From positions 57,846,001-57,910,000 of the forward strand of contig OX597831.1 of assembly GCA_951406725.2 (NCBI GenBank): a stretch of DNA of 64,000 nucleotides, written 5' to 3'. The position numbers were made by a program, and so were the translations under genes. Source of the stretch: Octopus vulgaris (Eukaryota). The notes beneath the pieces are model-generated. The model searched no databases. It was not told the DNA's origin and was given only the letters and a program-made list of their open reading frames with translations. This document shows positions 51,561 through 64,000 of the stretch, one piece after another (position 1 is the first letter of the stretch; each line of letters begins with the position of its first letter).

Positions 51561-52874
51561 TGGGATTACATTTGGAGGAATTAAGAAACAAGAAATTGGG
51601 GTTGGTGAAGTCCTAGAAATTCTTTGACAACTACTTCTGACTGGCATCTGTGGTAGTGGAGCACTAAGAGCACCATCTGAGCATGATCGTTGCCAGAGCA
51701 GCTAACTGGCTTCCGTGCCAGTGGCATGTAAAAAGCACAATTCGATCGTTACCAGCATCGCCTTACTGGCACTTGTGCTGGTGGCTTGTGCAAAAACATT
51801 TGAGCGAGGTCGCTGCCAGTGTCGCTGGACTGGCTCCTATGCAGGTGGCACATAAAAAACACCATTTGAGCATAGCCGTTGCCAGTAACCTCTGACTGGC
51901 CCTCGTGACGGTGGCATGTAAAAGCACCCTCTACACTCTCGGATTGGTTGGTGTTAGGAAGGGCATCCAGCTGTAGAAACTCTGCCAGATTGAGATTGGA
52001 GCCTGGTGCAGCCATCTGGTTCACCAGTCCTCAGTCAAATCGTCCAACCCATGCTAGCATGGAAAGCGGACGTTAAACGATGATGATGATGATGATGTGT
52101 GGCAAGGGACCAAATAGTACTGCCACATATATGGCCTTCCAGTAGCAATCCTCTCCAGCTAAGGTTTGACCACAGTCTCCTGCAGTTTCACACAACCATC
52201 TGAATTGAGCAAAGATGTGGGGAGGAATTCCAGTGCATGGAGTCACTAGCATAGCTGGTGGGGAGTGGGGTGGTCTGCCTTGGGTGACACTTTTGGGTCT
52301 GCTGTAGGCAATATGTGTTTTTAATGGGATCCGGGGGCAGCAAATGGAAGGGCTGCCCAGCCATCTGAATTGAGCCTAATGTCCTGTTCAAAGATGTGGG
52401 GAGGAATTCCAGTGTGTGGGAGCAGTCAGAGTCACTATCATAGCTGGTGGGGAGTTGGGTGGTCTGCCTCAGGTGGCACTTTTGGGTCTGCTGTAGGCAA
52501 TATGTGTTTTTAGTGGGATCCGGGGGAGGGGGGGGGGCAAATGGAAGGGCTGCCCCTGGCGGCACACATTTTAGCTACGCTAGTGGTCAGAATGCCTGCT
52601 GTGTCTCTTCCTGCTGGATATGGCTTTGTAGTCTCCTTTGCAGTTATTTACAGTGCTCCCAGAAGCATGGAGCAGCAGTCATGATGTTAGTATTTTGATA
52701 CCCAGCACAAATCATTAATGATACAGGTAACTCTTTTCCAGTATTCAAATGGCTTCCATTCCTCCATGTTAGCCAACTTTTTCTCAACTACAACTCTAAT
52801 CGGAAACTATTTAGAAGCTTGTTATATGTAGATGTGTGGTTGTATGTGTGTGTGTGTGTATGTGTGTGTTTGTT

Positions 52875-52987
<113 letters not shown>

Positions 52988-53139
52988 CTGTGTGCCTTTC
53001 CCTACTTGGTAACTGGTGTCAGTAGATAGGTTTACATCCTCATAACTTTGTGGGTTCAGCAAAAAGGAATTGATAGAATAAATATCAGGCTTACAAAAAG
53101 TACTGTGGTCGATGTGACCAACCAAAACACTTCAAGGTA

Positions 53140-53390
53140 CTTCATGTGACCCCTACATGACCACTTCATGTACCCCCCACCACATGACCACGGCATGTAC
53201 CCTCCACATGACCACTTCATGTAACCCCCACATAACCACTTCATGTGCTCCCCACATGATCACTTCATGTCCCCCCACATGACCATTTCATGCACCTCCA
53301 ATATGACCACTTTGTGTGCCCCCCACATTACCATTTTGCATGTTCCCTACATGACCACTTCATGTATCCTGCCACATGGCCACTGCCCCA
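53140..53390 (+). repeat. 24-bp minisatellite (CCACATGACCACTTCATGTACCCC-like), ~10 units, inside a family C SINE tail
   Basis: Direct periodicity; the 8-aa repeat MKWSCGGY appears in the ORF track. Confidence 0.9.
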
Positions 53391-54127
53391 TGACTGAAAC
53401 TAGTAAAAGACTAAAAGAGTAGTTACTGTACTATTCATTGTCAGCTGGGAAGTCAGATGTTTTCACATGTTTTTTTTGTTGTTATCATTTCAGAATAATG
53501 AATTATCTTAACTGTATTCTTTTCATATCTCATACAAAAATAGTTTTGTCGTCTTTGATAAGGAAGCATTGGTTGGCTTCCTCTCAAAAGGGTTCAGGAA
53601 TCCGAACTCAGAATTCTGACAGTGCAAATTATATATTTATAGTCTCTACTGACTGTGTCATCACCACAACCAATTAAAATAAAAATGCAAAAAAGAAAAA
53701 AAAAAGGAATTTATATTTATTTACAGCCTGTTATCATTTTGTGGTGAGAGGTCATTGCACTTTACTTAAAATATCAATGATTACATGGGAAATCAACAAA
53801 TGGTTTTATACTTGTTAGTAAAATTTTAGATAAAGATTATTGTATATTATGATATATAAGATTAGCATTATCTAACATTAATATATGTAGATGATACATG
53901 AGTACAGAAACACTATGTTTCCACAAACTTATTCCCATCTTTATTTTAAACCGGGGGGAAAAAAAACGTTCCTTTGACTGGTCCCCCTTATTGGTCTTCA
54001 GCTATACCCAGGCACTGCCTTCAATGGGTTTACTCAATCATATCGACCTTGGTACTTATTTCAGGCTTGCGAGTAATTAATCAGCCTCTAATAATTGAAC
54101 TGCTGAGTTACAGAATATAAAAGGACA

Positions 54128-54540
54128 CCACATGACCGCTTGATGTGGGCCCCACATGTCCACTTTATGTGCCCAACATGTGACCACTTCATATGATCTC
54201 CACATGACCACTGTATGTACCTCCCACATGACCACTTTATGTGCCCAACACATGACCACTTCATATGATCTCCACATGACCACTGTATGTACCTCCCACA
54301 TGACCACTTTATGTGCCCAACACATGACCACTTCATATGATCTCCACATGACCACTGTATGTACCTCCCACATGTCCACTTTATGTGCCCAACACGTGAC
54401 CACTTCATAGGATCTCTACATGACCACTGTATGTACCTCCCACATGACCACTTCATATGATCTCCACATGACCACTGTATGTACCTTCCACATGACCACT
54501 TGATGTGCCTTCACATGACCACTGCATGTACCTCACCACA
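54128..54540 (+). repeat. 24-bp minisatellite with 72-bp trimeric higher-order repeat, ~17 units
   Basis: Cycle of CCACATGACCACTGTATGTACCTC / CCACATGACCACTTTATGTGCCCA / ACACATGACCACTTCATATGATCT. Confidence 0.93.
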
Positions 54541-55017
54541 CCTGTCCACTAATTTTTGGACGGGTAAAATGTATTAACACAGATACAGACCCAAACACAC
54601 ATACACACATCGATTGGGAATAGTGGTTTTAGGACTCATGTTTATAAGGGTTTGATTTCTGGACCGGACAACACATTGTCTTCTTGAATAAAGAGCACTT
54701 TACATTTAAATCGAGTCTATTAAGCTGTAATGAGTACAAAGCTTAGTGCTGCTGCAGCTGCTTCTCTCTCCAGCTGTTACATCTTTGATGTCGCAATGAG
54801 TCAAGTATTGGTATAGCTGTATGAGTTTTTATTTAATTCTTCCTGTCTAGAAATTTACCCAAGTTGAAATGCACATTTTTAAACTGCAATCTTTCTCTTT
54901 ACTTAGTAATTCAGTGATCAACTATGTCAGCAAATGGACTCATTGAGTCAATAGTGAATGTCACCAGATGCTGAGCAGATGAACAGTCAACAACTGTCAA
55001 TGGCCAGAATCAATCAA

Positions 55018-55883
55018 AGGCGGCAAGTTGACAGAAACGTTAGCATGCTGGGTGAAATGCTTAGCAGTATTTTGTCTGCCATTACGTTGTGAGTTCAAAT
55101 TCCACCGAGGTCGACTTTGCCTTTCATCCTTTCGGGGTTGATTAAATAAGTACCAGTTACGCATTGGGGTTGAGATAATCGACTGAATCCATTTCTCTGT
55201 CCTTGTTTGTCCTCTCTGTGTTTAACCTCTTGTGGGTAGTAAAGAAATAGGTATTTCATCTGTCGTTACATTCTGAGTTCAAATTCCGCCGAGATCGACT
55301 TTGCCTTTCATCCTTTCAGGGTTGATTAAATAAGTACCAGTTATGCACTGGGGTCGATATAATCAACTTAATCTGTTTGTCTGTCCTTGTTTATCCCCTC
55401 TGTGTATAGCCTCTTGTGGTCAGTAAAGAAATAAGAAATAAGAAACGTTAGCTAGTTGGGCGAAATGCTTAGCGGTATTTTGTCTGCTGTTACGTTCTGA
55501 GTTCAAATTTTGCCAAGGTCGAATTTGCCTTTCATCCTTTCAGGGTTGATTAAATAAGTACCAGTTATGCACTGGGGTCGATATAATCAACTTAATCTGT
55601 TTGTCTGTCCTTGTTTGTCCCCTCTGTGTATAGCCTCTTGTGGTCAGTAAAGAAATAAGAAATAAGAAACGTTAGCTAGTTGGGCGAAATGCTTAGCGGT
55701 ATTTTGTCTGCTGTTACGTTCTGAGTTCAAATTTTGCCAAGGTCGAATTTGCCTTTCATCCTTTCGGGGTCATTTAAATAAGTACCAGTTATGCACTGGG
55801 GTCGATGTAATCGACGTAACCCCTTTGTCTGTTCTTGTTTGTCCCCTCTGTGTATAGCCTCTTGAGGGCAATAAAGAAATAAG
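55018..55883 (+). mobile_element. Head-to-tail tetramer of family B SINE
   Basis: Four consecutive Nin-like cores (~55115, 55298, 55520, 55745). Units 2-4 are 5'-truncated. Units 3 and 4 share private variants (gttagctagttgggcg, gtcgaatttgcc). Confidence 0.9.
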
Positions 55884-56635
55884 AATCAACCAATTTAGTT
55901 AATGAACTACTGCTTTAATCTGTTGTTGTCCAGGTACCTCACTGGTCAGGCGGCCTAATTCTGATCTATGAGGGCTGTGGTTTGCTATTGATAAAAAAAA
56001 ACGGCACTCCTTCAGTTACGACAATGAGTGTTCCAGTGGATCCGATCAATGGAACAGCCTGCTCGTGAAATTAACATGCCAAGTGGCAGAGTACTCTACA
56101 AACATGTGTACCCTTAATGTAGATTCTTAGGGAGATTCAGTGTGATAGAGAATGTGACAAGGTTGGCCCTTTGAATTATGGGTACCACTCGTTTTTACCA
56201 GCTGAGTGGACTGGAATAATGAATGTGAAATAAAGTGACTTGCTCAAGGATGCAATGCATCGCCAGGAACCAAACTCATGACCTGGCAATCATGAGCTAA
56301 ATACCCTAACCACTAAGCTAGGGTTTCTCAACCATTTTTATCTATGGTCCTCTTTGAAATGCTGTTTTATTCTGGTGAACCCCCACAGTCATTCAATTTT
56401 TTTAAAGAACTAGTTTTATAGACACTGCTTCCAAAATTTCCATTTTATTTTTCATACTTTAACTTGTGAAAGGTGAACAGGAGTGGCTGTGTGGTAAGTA
56501 GCTTGCTTACCAACCACATGGTTCCGGGTTCAGTCCCACTGCATGGTGCCTTGGGCAAGTGTCTTTTACTATGACCTTGGGCTGACCAAAGCCTTGTGAG
56601 TGGATTTGGTAGATGGAAACTGAAAGAAGCCTGTC

Positions 56636-56677
<42 letters not shown>

Positions 56678-58559
56678 ATGTATGTATGTATGTATGTATG
56701 TATGTATGTATGTATGTATGTATATGTTTGTGTGTCTGTGTTTGTCCCCCCAGCATCGCTTGACAACTGCTTGCTGGTGTATTTACGTCCCCATCAGTCA
56801 GTGGTTTGGCAAGAGAGACCAATAGAATAAGTACTAGGCTTACAAAGAATAAGTCCTGGGGGGTCGATTTGCTCAACTAAAGGCCGTGCTCCTGCATGGC
56901 CGCAGTCAAGCAACTGAAACAAGTAAAAGAATAAAAGAAAGAATAAAATCAGAGAAACTGAGCTGTTTCTTGTAATAAACACATCTAAAGCAAAATTTTT
57001 TTATGGACCCTTAAAATACTATTGGGGATCTTAAGCCATGCACCTTCTGTCAATAGATAAATACTATATGGATCTGTGCATTGATTTTCCAGAGGGCCTA
57101 TAATGAAGCTGAGACAGCCCTGGATTATGGGGTTTGTTGTATTCAATCCCTTTATATTCTGAGTTCAAATCTTGGCAAGGTCTGCTTTGCCTTTCATCCC
57201 TCTGAAGTTGATAAAATAAAGTATCAGTGAAATACTGGGGTCATTATGTGGTGGCACTCCGTCGGTTATGATGATGAGGGTTCTAGTTTATCGGATCCAT
57301 GGAACAGCCTGCTCATGAAATTAACGTGCAAGTGGCTGAGCACCCCACAGACACGTGTACCCTTAACGTAGTTCTCGGAGAGATTCAGAGTGACACTGAG
57401 TGTGACAAGGCTGGCCCTTTGAAATACAGGTACAGCAGAAACAGGAATAAAGAGTGAGAGAATGTTGTGGTGAAAGAGTACAGCAGGGATCGCCACCACC
57501 CCCTGCCAGAGCCTCGTGGAGCTTTAGGTGTTTTCACTCAATAAACACTCACAACGCCCGGTCTGGGAATCGAAACTGCGATCCTAAGGCCAAGAGTTCG
57601 CTGCCCTAACCACTGAGCCATTGCGCCTCCACAATATAGTTTGACTCTAACAACCTTTTCCTGAATCTACTGTAATACACTTTGTGATGGTGATGGTGGT
57701 AGTGGTAGGGAGGGGAAAGGTAATGCTCCTTCTAATTGTTCTCTTTCTCCTCCTCATATTCCTCTTCCTGTTCCTCCTCTTCTCTATGACAAATAAGCTA
57801 AATAAATAAATAATTGAAACAATATATAAATTATTATCAGTCCTATGTCACATGTTTGAAAAGCAACAGCCACCAAACTATGTCACCAGAACTAGGTACA
57901 CCTTTATATATATATATACACACACACATACAAACACATACATACATACAAACATGTTTGTGTGGAATGGTGGTGGTGGTTGTGTGTGTGAGTGTGTAAT
58001 AGATGTATTGCCTTGAAGGGCTGAGAGATAAATTAACAGAAAAACTGAGAAGAGAAAAGAGAGGGAAGAGGGAAGACTGATAAAGGAACAAATTGAAAAT
58101 GTGAAAGAGAGGGAGAGAAGGAGAGAGGGAGAGAGAGAAAGTGTGAGAAAGTGAGATATATCTGTTATTATATATGTATTACCTGTGAACTGCCATATTT
58201 TGGTAGGGAGCTAGTGATAACTGGATTAAGGTACCTCACACATCAAAACTCTCTACACATACACACACGTACACTGATATTAAGACTACATTCACACACA
58301 TACACACACACATTCATGCATATAAATAGAGAAACACACTTCCACACACATACAAACACTCCATAAAGAATCTCTACCGGAAGAGTAGGGGAACAGAGAT
58401 TAAACTGATGTTGCCTACTTTCATAATTTGTTTAGGTACCTTCCATCTTCAAGGTAAGTAAACACTCCTTACATCATCTCCGTTCTTCTATAGAGATTGC
58501 ATTTATAATATTTGACCTTTTTTAATTAAACACACACACACCATGTGTATGTGTTTGTT

Positions 58560-58596
<37 letters not shown>

Positions 58597-58844
58597 TCAT
58601 CATCGTTTAACGTCCGTTTTCCATGCTAGCATGGGTTGGACGGTTCGACCTGGGTCTGGGAAGCCAGAAGGCTGCCCCAGGCTCCAGTCTGATCTGGCAG
58701 TGTTTCTACAGCTGGATGCCCTTCCTAACGCCAACCACTCCATGAGTGTAGTGGGTGCTTTTTACGTGCCACCGGCATGGAAGCCAGCATATATATATCT
58801 ATATATATGTATGCATACATACATACACACATACATATATACAT

Positions 58845-58891
<47 letters not shown>

Positions 58892-58894
<3 letters not shown>

Positions 58895-59114
58895 TAATCT
58901 CTTGACTATCACGGGTGGTATGTTCCAAAAATCCCTGCGATAGGTGGAAATCGGTGAAGTGGAGACATTACTGTACTGCATATGTTTTTTTAATTATTTT
59001 TATAATTTGTATATATTTATTTTATTATACATGCAAAACAATACCACAGAGAAATCGCAGTAAGCTTAAATAATAAACTACGATAGGTGAACTGTGATAT
59101 GGTGAGGATTACTG
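58892..59114. mobile_element. Tigger/pogo-type MITE
   Basis: TA|CAGTAATCTCTTGACTATCAC ... GTGATATGGTGAGGATTACTG|TA. Confidence 0.75.
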
Positions 59115-59179
59115 TACAGCTATATTCCAGGGGGTGACAATATATATGTATATATACACACACACATATATATGTTTAC

Positions 59180-59220
<41 letters not shown>

Positions 59221-59325
59221 TATATATAATATATAATATATATACACATATACATACATATATATATATATTATGAATATATATACATACATATACATAT
59301 ATATGTGTGTATAAATATGTATATG

Positions 59326-59368
<43 letters not shown>

Positions 59369-59558
59369 TATATGTTTTTATCATATATTTAATTATTTTC
59401 TATATGGTATAATTTAATTATATCATTGTTATTTCATTGTTTAATTGATAAAAGGTGGTTCTTCTCTAATTTATATACATATACTATATTTATATTGTGA
59501 AATTTTATTTAGTATTACTAAATTGAATTTTTCTCTGTAAGTTTGGAATAGTATTCCC

Positions 59559-59635
<77 letters not shown>

Positions 59636-59884
59636 CATATATGATATATATAGGGGGTATGAGAGGTATTGGTGTCGAAAAGATCCAAAAGTGTCAGCTG
59701 ATGCTGAGTAAGTGCTATGGACAAACTAGCTAAGCTCCAGGTTCGATGTTGATAAGAATGAGGAATCCAACATACGTTGTATATTAACATGCATATACAT
59801 AAAATTTAAGAGAATGAGATAAAAAATCCAAGGCTGTGAAAATTTTCAGATCATTTATAAATACATACATACATATATATATAT

Positions 59885-60100
59885 ATATAATCCAAACAAG
59901 AAAACACAAAAAAACACAACAACGCGAGGATGTGGAACAAATATATTATTATTGGACGCTCAGGAAAGAAGGGAAGAAGGAGGGTTTAATGTTTCGAGTG
60001 GAGCTCTTCATCGGAAACATAGGAGAAGGAGAGATCCAGAGAAGGGAAGACAGAGGAAAAAAAATCGCCAACGGTACACACGAGGTCACATTTTATATAT
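59885..60100 (-). mobile_element. Short Penelope pseudo-LTR-like insert in (TA)n with a minimal hammerhead-like motif
   Basis: Minus strand 59984-60018: GTTT-CCGATGA-A-GAG-CTCCA-CTC-GAAAC-ATT-AAAC. It is followed by TTCCTGAGCG, as in the 4140-4665 element. Confidence 0.65.
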
Positions 60101-60197
60101 ATATATAGTCTATGCAAGGATTTCTTGTCCTCATAAGGGATTACTACATCCCAAATTTCACTGGTTTAATCACCAGCACGAACATACATGAGTGCAT

Positions 60198-60230
<33 letters not shown>

Positions 60231-60794
60231 CACATGTATGAATTTAATTAAACTTTTATATTGCAATGTTAATGACTCCTACCATCAATAAACGGTTGTT
60301 GTCTAGAATTTATATTACCTTGGCATTGTGTAAATGTGTGTCACTGTCATACAAGAAGTGTTATTCATTTTGAATATTCTGTGAAAATTTACACTGCAAG
60401 ATGTTTATGCTTCTTTGCATTGGCACATACATCTATATCTATATTTAACTTTGTATACACACAGTTATGTATATGTGCATCAATACATACATATATGTGT
60501 GTCTATCGACATCATCATCATCATCATCATTGTTTAATGTCCGCTTTCCATGCTAGCATGGGTTGGATGATTTGACTGAGGACTGGCAAACCAGATTGCT
60601 GCACCAGGCTCCAATCTGATCTGGCAGAGTTTCTACAGCTGGATGCCCTTCCTAACGCCGACCACTCTGAGAGTGTAGTGGGTGCTTTTACGTGCCACCG
60701 GCATGAGGGCCAGTCTGGCGGTACTGGCAATGGCCACACTCAAATGGTGTTTTTTACGTGCCACCTGCACAGGACCCTGTGTATATTTCGTTTG

Positions 60795-61484
60795 TCACTG
60801 TTATTTATGACACACAGATGGTGAACAGACAGAACAACTGTTGGCTTGTTATGTCCCCAAAACATGTACCGAGAGTGATAGAAATCAAACATCCAGTCAA
60901 CATCATGGTGTTTGGAGTGATCACTAGTGATGGTGATGTCTCCATTCATCTTCCCATACAGCCTCATACTCAACGCGGGAGCCTCTATCAAGGTACTGGA
61001 GGAGGTAGTGCTGCCCTGCATCAAGAGGGTGGCTGCTGGAAAACCCTATCTCTAGCAACAAGACTCTGTACCATGCCACACAAGCAGGAGAACCCAGTCA
61101 TGGCTGTCAGACAATTTCTGCAACCACATCACCCCTAACATCTGGCCACCTAACTCCCCAGACTGCAACCTCCTTCATTATTATGTGTAGGGCACAGCTG
61201 AATGAGAGACCAACAAAACTCCTTATAACACCTAAGATGACCTGATGGCAAGGATTATGGCAGCATTCACCAATTTAAACAAGATCATCCAGAAGAGCTG
61301 CAGGAGATTCTGAAGTCATTTGGGGGCCGTGGTTGAAGCCAATGACAATTTTATTGATTAAAGTTACTCTTTAATATTTAAAGATATTTTTATGTAATTT
61401 TGGTAAATATATCTGATAAAATGATCTGTCAATGTTATTTTCATTCTTGCATAATTTAGATGACAATATATTCACCGCACCCTG
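60795..61484 (+). mobile_element. maT (DD37D)-like transposon 3' half
   Basis: NRQNNCWL...KHPVNIMVFGVITSDGDV; VLEEVVLP; QQDS.PCHTS..TQSWLSDNF; IWPPNSPDCN; CRRF.S.L.AVVEA. 3' TIR ends ...caccgcaccctg|ta. Confidence 0.88.
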
Positions 61485-61701
61485 TAATATGTGTGTGTGT
61501 GTGTCTGACTGGCCCCCATGCCGGTGGTACGTAAAAAGCACCCACTACACTCTCGGAGTGGTTGGCTTTAGGAAGGGCATCCAGCTGTAGAAACTCTGCC
61601 AAATCAAGATTGGAGCCTGGTACAGCCATCTGGTTCGCCAGCCCTCAGTCAAAATCGTCCAACCCATTCTAGCATGGGAAGTGGACGTTAAACGATGATG
61701 A

Positions 61702-61769
<68 letters not shown>

Positions 61770-62046
61770 AGAGAGAGAGAGAGAGGTGTATGTGTGTACC
61801 TGTCTACATATTTATTGTCTTCTTTGATTTCATATGATAGTTGTAAATGAATGTCACTGTCAAGCAAGCAGTGTTCTTCATGTCCAGTTTTCTGTGAAAA
61901 ACAAGTCTGGTTATGAGGTATATTACTTTACCTGGGAACAGGTAAAAAGTTGGTGACAGGAAATGCATCCAGCTGTAGAAAAATTGCCTCAACAAATTCT
62001 GTCTGACTCATACAAGCATGGAAAAGTGATTGCTAAACAATTATAA

Positions 62047-62087
<41 letters not shown>

Positions 62088-63218
62088 ACATGGGACGAAG
62101 TACTGGAGGACAACCTCAGGACACTGTACCTAACATCATCATCGTTTAACGTCTGCTTTCCATGCTAGCATGGGTTGGATGGTTTGACTGGGGTCTGGGA
62201 AGCCAGGAGGCTGCACCAAGCTCCTTTCTGATATGGCAGTGTTTCTACAGCTGGATACCCTTCCTAACGCCAACCACTCCATGAGTGTAGTGGGTGCTTT
62301 TTATGTGCCAGGCGAGGCTGGCAATGGAACCGATCGGTTGGTGCTTTTCACGTGCCACCGGCGAGGTAATAAAAAAAGGATCAAGATATCTATTCCCTTA
62401 CTGCACTCAAGAAAACCCATCCTCTACAGCAGATGTGTTAAAGCTTCTCCCACTGATGAAGATGATTAACCTGTGAGATCCCTGTGCCCATGCCACATAC
62501 AAATCACCCGTGCCGACCCTGTGTCAAATCACTCATGCTTGTGCCAAGTTAAAAGTACCCAGCACACAGTGTAAAGTGGTTGGTGTTAGGAAGGGCATCC
62601 GACCATAGAAACCAAGCCAAATCATACTGGAGTCTGGTACATCTCTCTGGATTGCCAGCTATGGCCAAACCTTCCAACCCATGCCAGCATGGAAAACAGA
62701 CATTAAATGATGATGATGTTGATATATGTATGTGTGTGTGCTTCTATATATGTTTAAGAAAAATAAGAAAATAGAGATAATTAAATTAATAATTACTTAT
62801 TAATTTAATTATTTCTATTTTCTGATTTTCTTAAATATATATAAACCTTGGTTTATCCAATTACCTTACAGTTGAATATTAAATGTAATATTCAATCCTT
62901 TTAGTAATGGGTAATAAACCAGTGCATTCATTGGATTTTATTATCCCTTATTGAGTTTTTTAACCTCCAATTAAACATACATACATACATACATAAATAT
63001 ATCATCATCATCATTTAACGTCCGCTTTCCATGCTAGCATGGATTGGACGATTTGACTGAGGTCGGGCGAACCAGACTCCAATCTGATCTGGCAGAGTTT
63101 CTACAGCTGGATTCCCTTCCATATATATACATACACATATATATGTATATATATGTATATATATATATGTATATATATCTATATCTATCTATCTATCTAT
63201 CTATACATACATACATAC

Positions 63219-63271
<53 letters not shown>

Positions 63272-63550
63272 CATAAATGTATGTATGAATGTATGTGCAT
63301 ATATGTATGGGTGTGAGCGTGTATATGGTTGTGTTACTTTGGCATTGTGTAAATGTGTGTCACTGTCATACAAGAAGTGTTATTCATTTTGAATATTCTG
63401 CGAAAATATATCTGTTGCTTAGCAACAGGTGAGAGCTAGCAACAGGAATGGCATCTGACCCAAGAAAATCTGACTTGATAAATACCACCCAGTTCATGCA
63501 ACCATGGTAAATTGGACTTTAAAACAATGTTAGTGATGATGATGGTAGTG

Positions 63551-63606
<56 letters not shown>

Positions 63607-63611
63607 TATAC

Positions 63612-63665
<54 letters not shown>

Positions 63666-63840
63666 AAATTTATAAGTTTAAATTATTTAAATAATTTTTA
63701 AATTTTAACTTTTATATTTTTTAAATTAATTTTATTTCTATGTATTGGCTTATGATTTTCACTGTTTGAATTGCCTAATAGTGGTTTTATCTCTAATTTA
63801 ATATAATATATTTATACTATAAAATTGGATTTAATATATA

Positions 63841-64000
63841 CACACAAGGGTTGGACAAAATAATAGAAAAACCTTAAAATTTCAAACAAATTTATTTTAA
63901 CATGGGGTAGGACTACATTTGGCAGTAATTACAGCTTGAATTCTATGAAGTATGGACACCTGCAAAGTTTGAATTGTTTTCAAAGGAATTTTTGTCCATT
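63841..64000 (-). mobile_element. Terminus of a Tc1-like element (runs out of the window)
   Basis: ta|cacacaagggttggacaaaataat TIR-like start. The minus strand carries a Tc1-like C-terminus (SI..RIQAVITAK...T). Confidence 0.6.

Noticed and set aside
52644-52726. Plus-strand exon-like segment (ctcctttgcag|...CAG|gtaact)
   Set aside because: It has stops in all three frames and sits among decayed repeats.

Overview
AT-rich, microsatellite- and transposon-dense eukaryotic DNA. The repeat spectrum suggests an octopus/coleoid cephalopod genome (inference). One protein-coding gene is well supported, and the ORF track misses it because it is spliced: COX7C (cytochrome c oxidase subunit VIIc, 70 aa) on the minus strand. 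Its coding exons are 16760-16855 and 13171-13287, an intron starts 21 nt after the stop, and a non-coding terminal exon carries AATAAA at 11059-11064. The rest is mostly repeats: four abundant SINE-type families, a decayed Penelope-like retroelement, minimal hammerhead-ribozyme-like motifs (some with variant cores), Hero-like and CR1-like LINE fragments, mariner/rosa/maT fossils (one nested), piggyBac-, Merlin-, hAT-, Tigger- and Helitron-type non-autonomous elements, long fold-back palindromes, and two tandem arrays with trimeric higher-order structure that arose inside SINE copies. There is also weaker evidence for unannotated spliced transcripts: a minus-strand exon chain at 41.4/36.4/24.2 kb and an 18-nt plus-strand microexon at 58436-58453. 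Repeat boundaries were read by eye and are approximate unless TIR/TSD coordinates are given.
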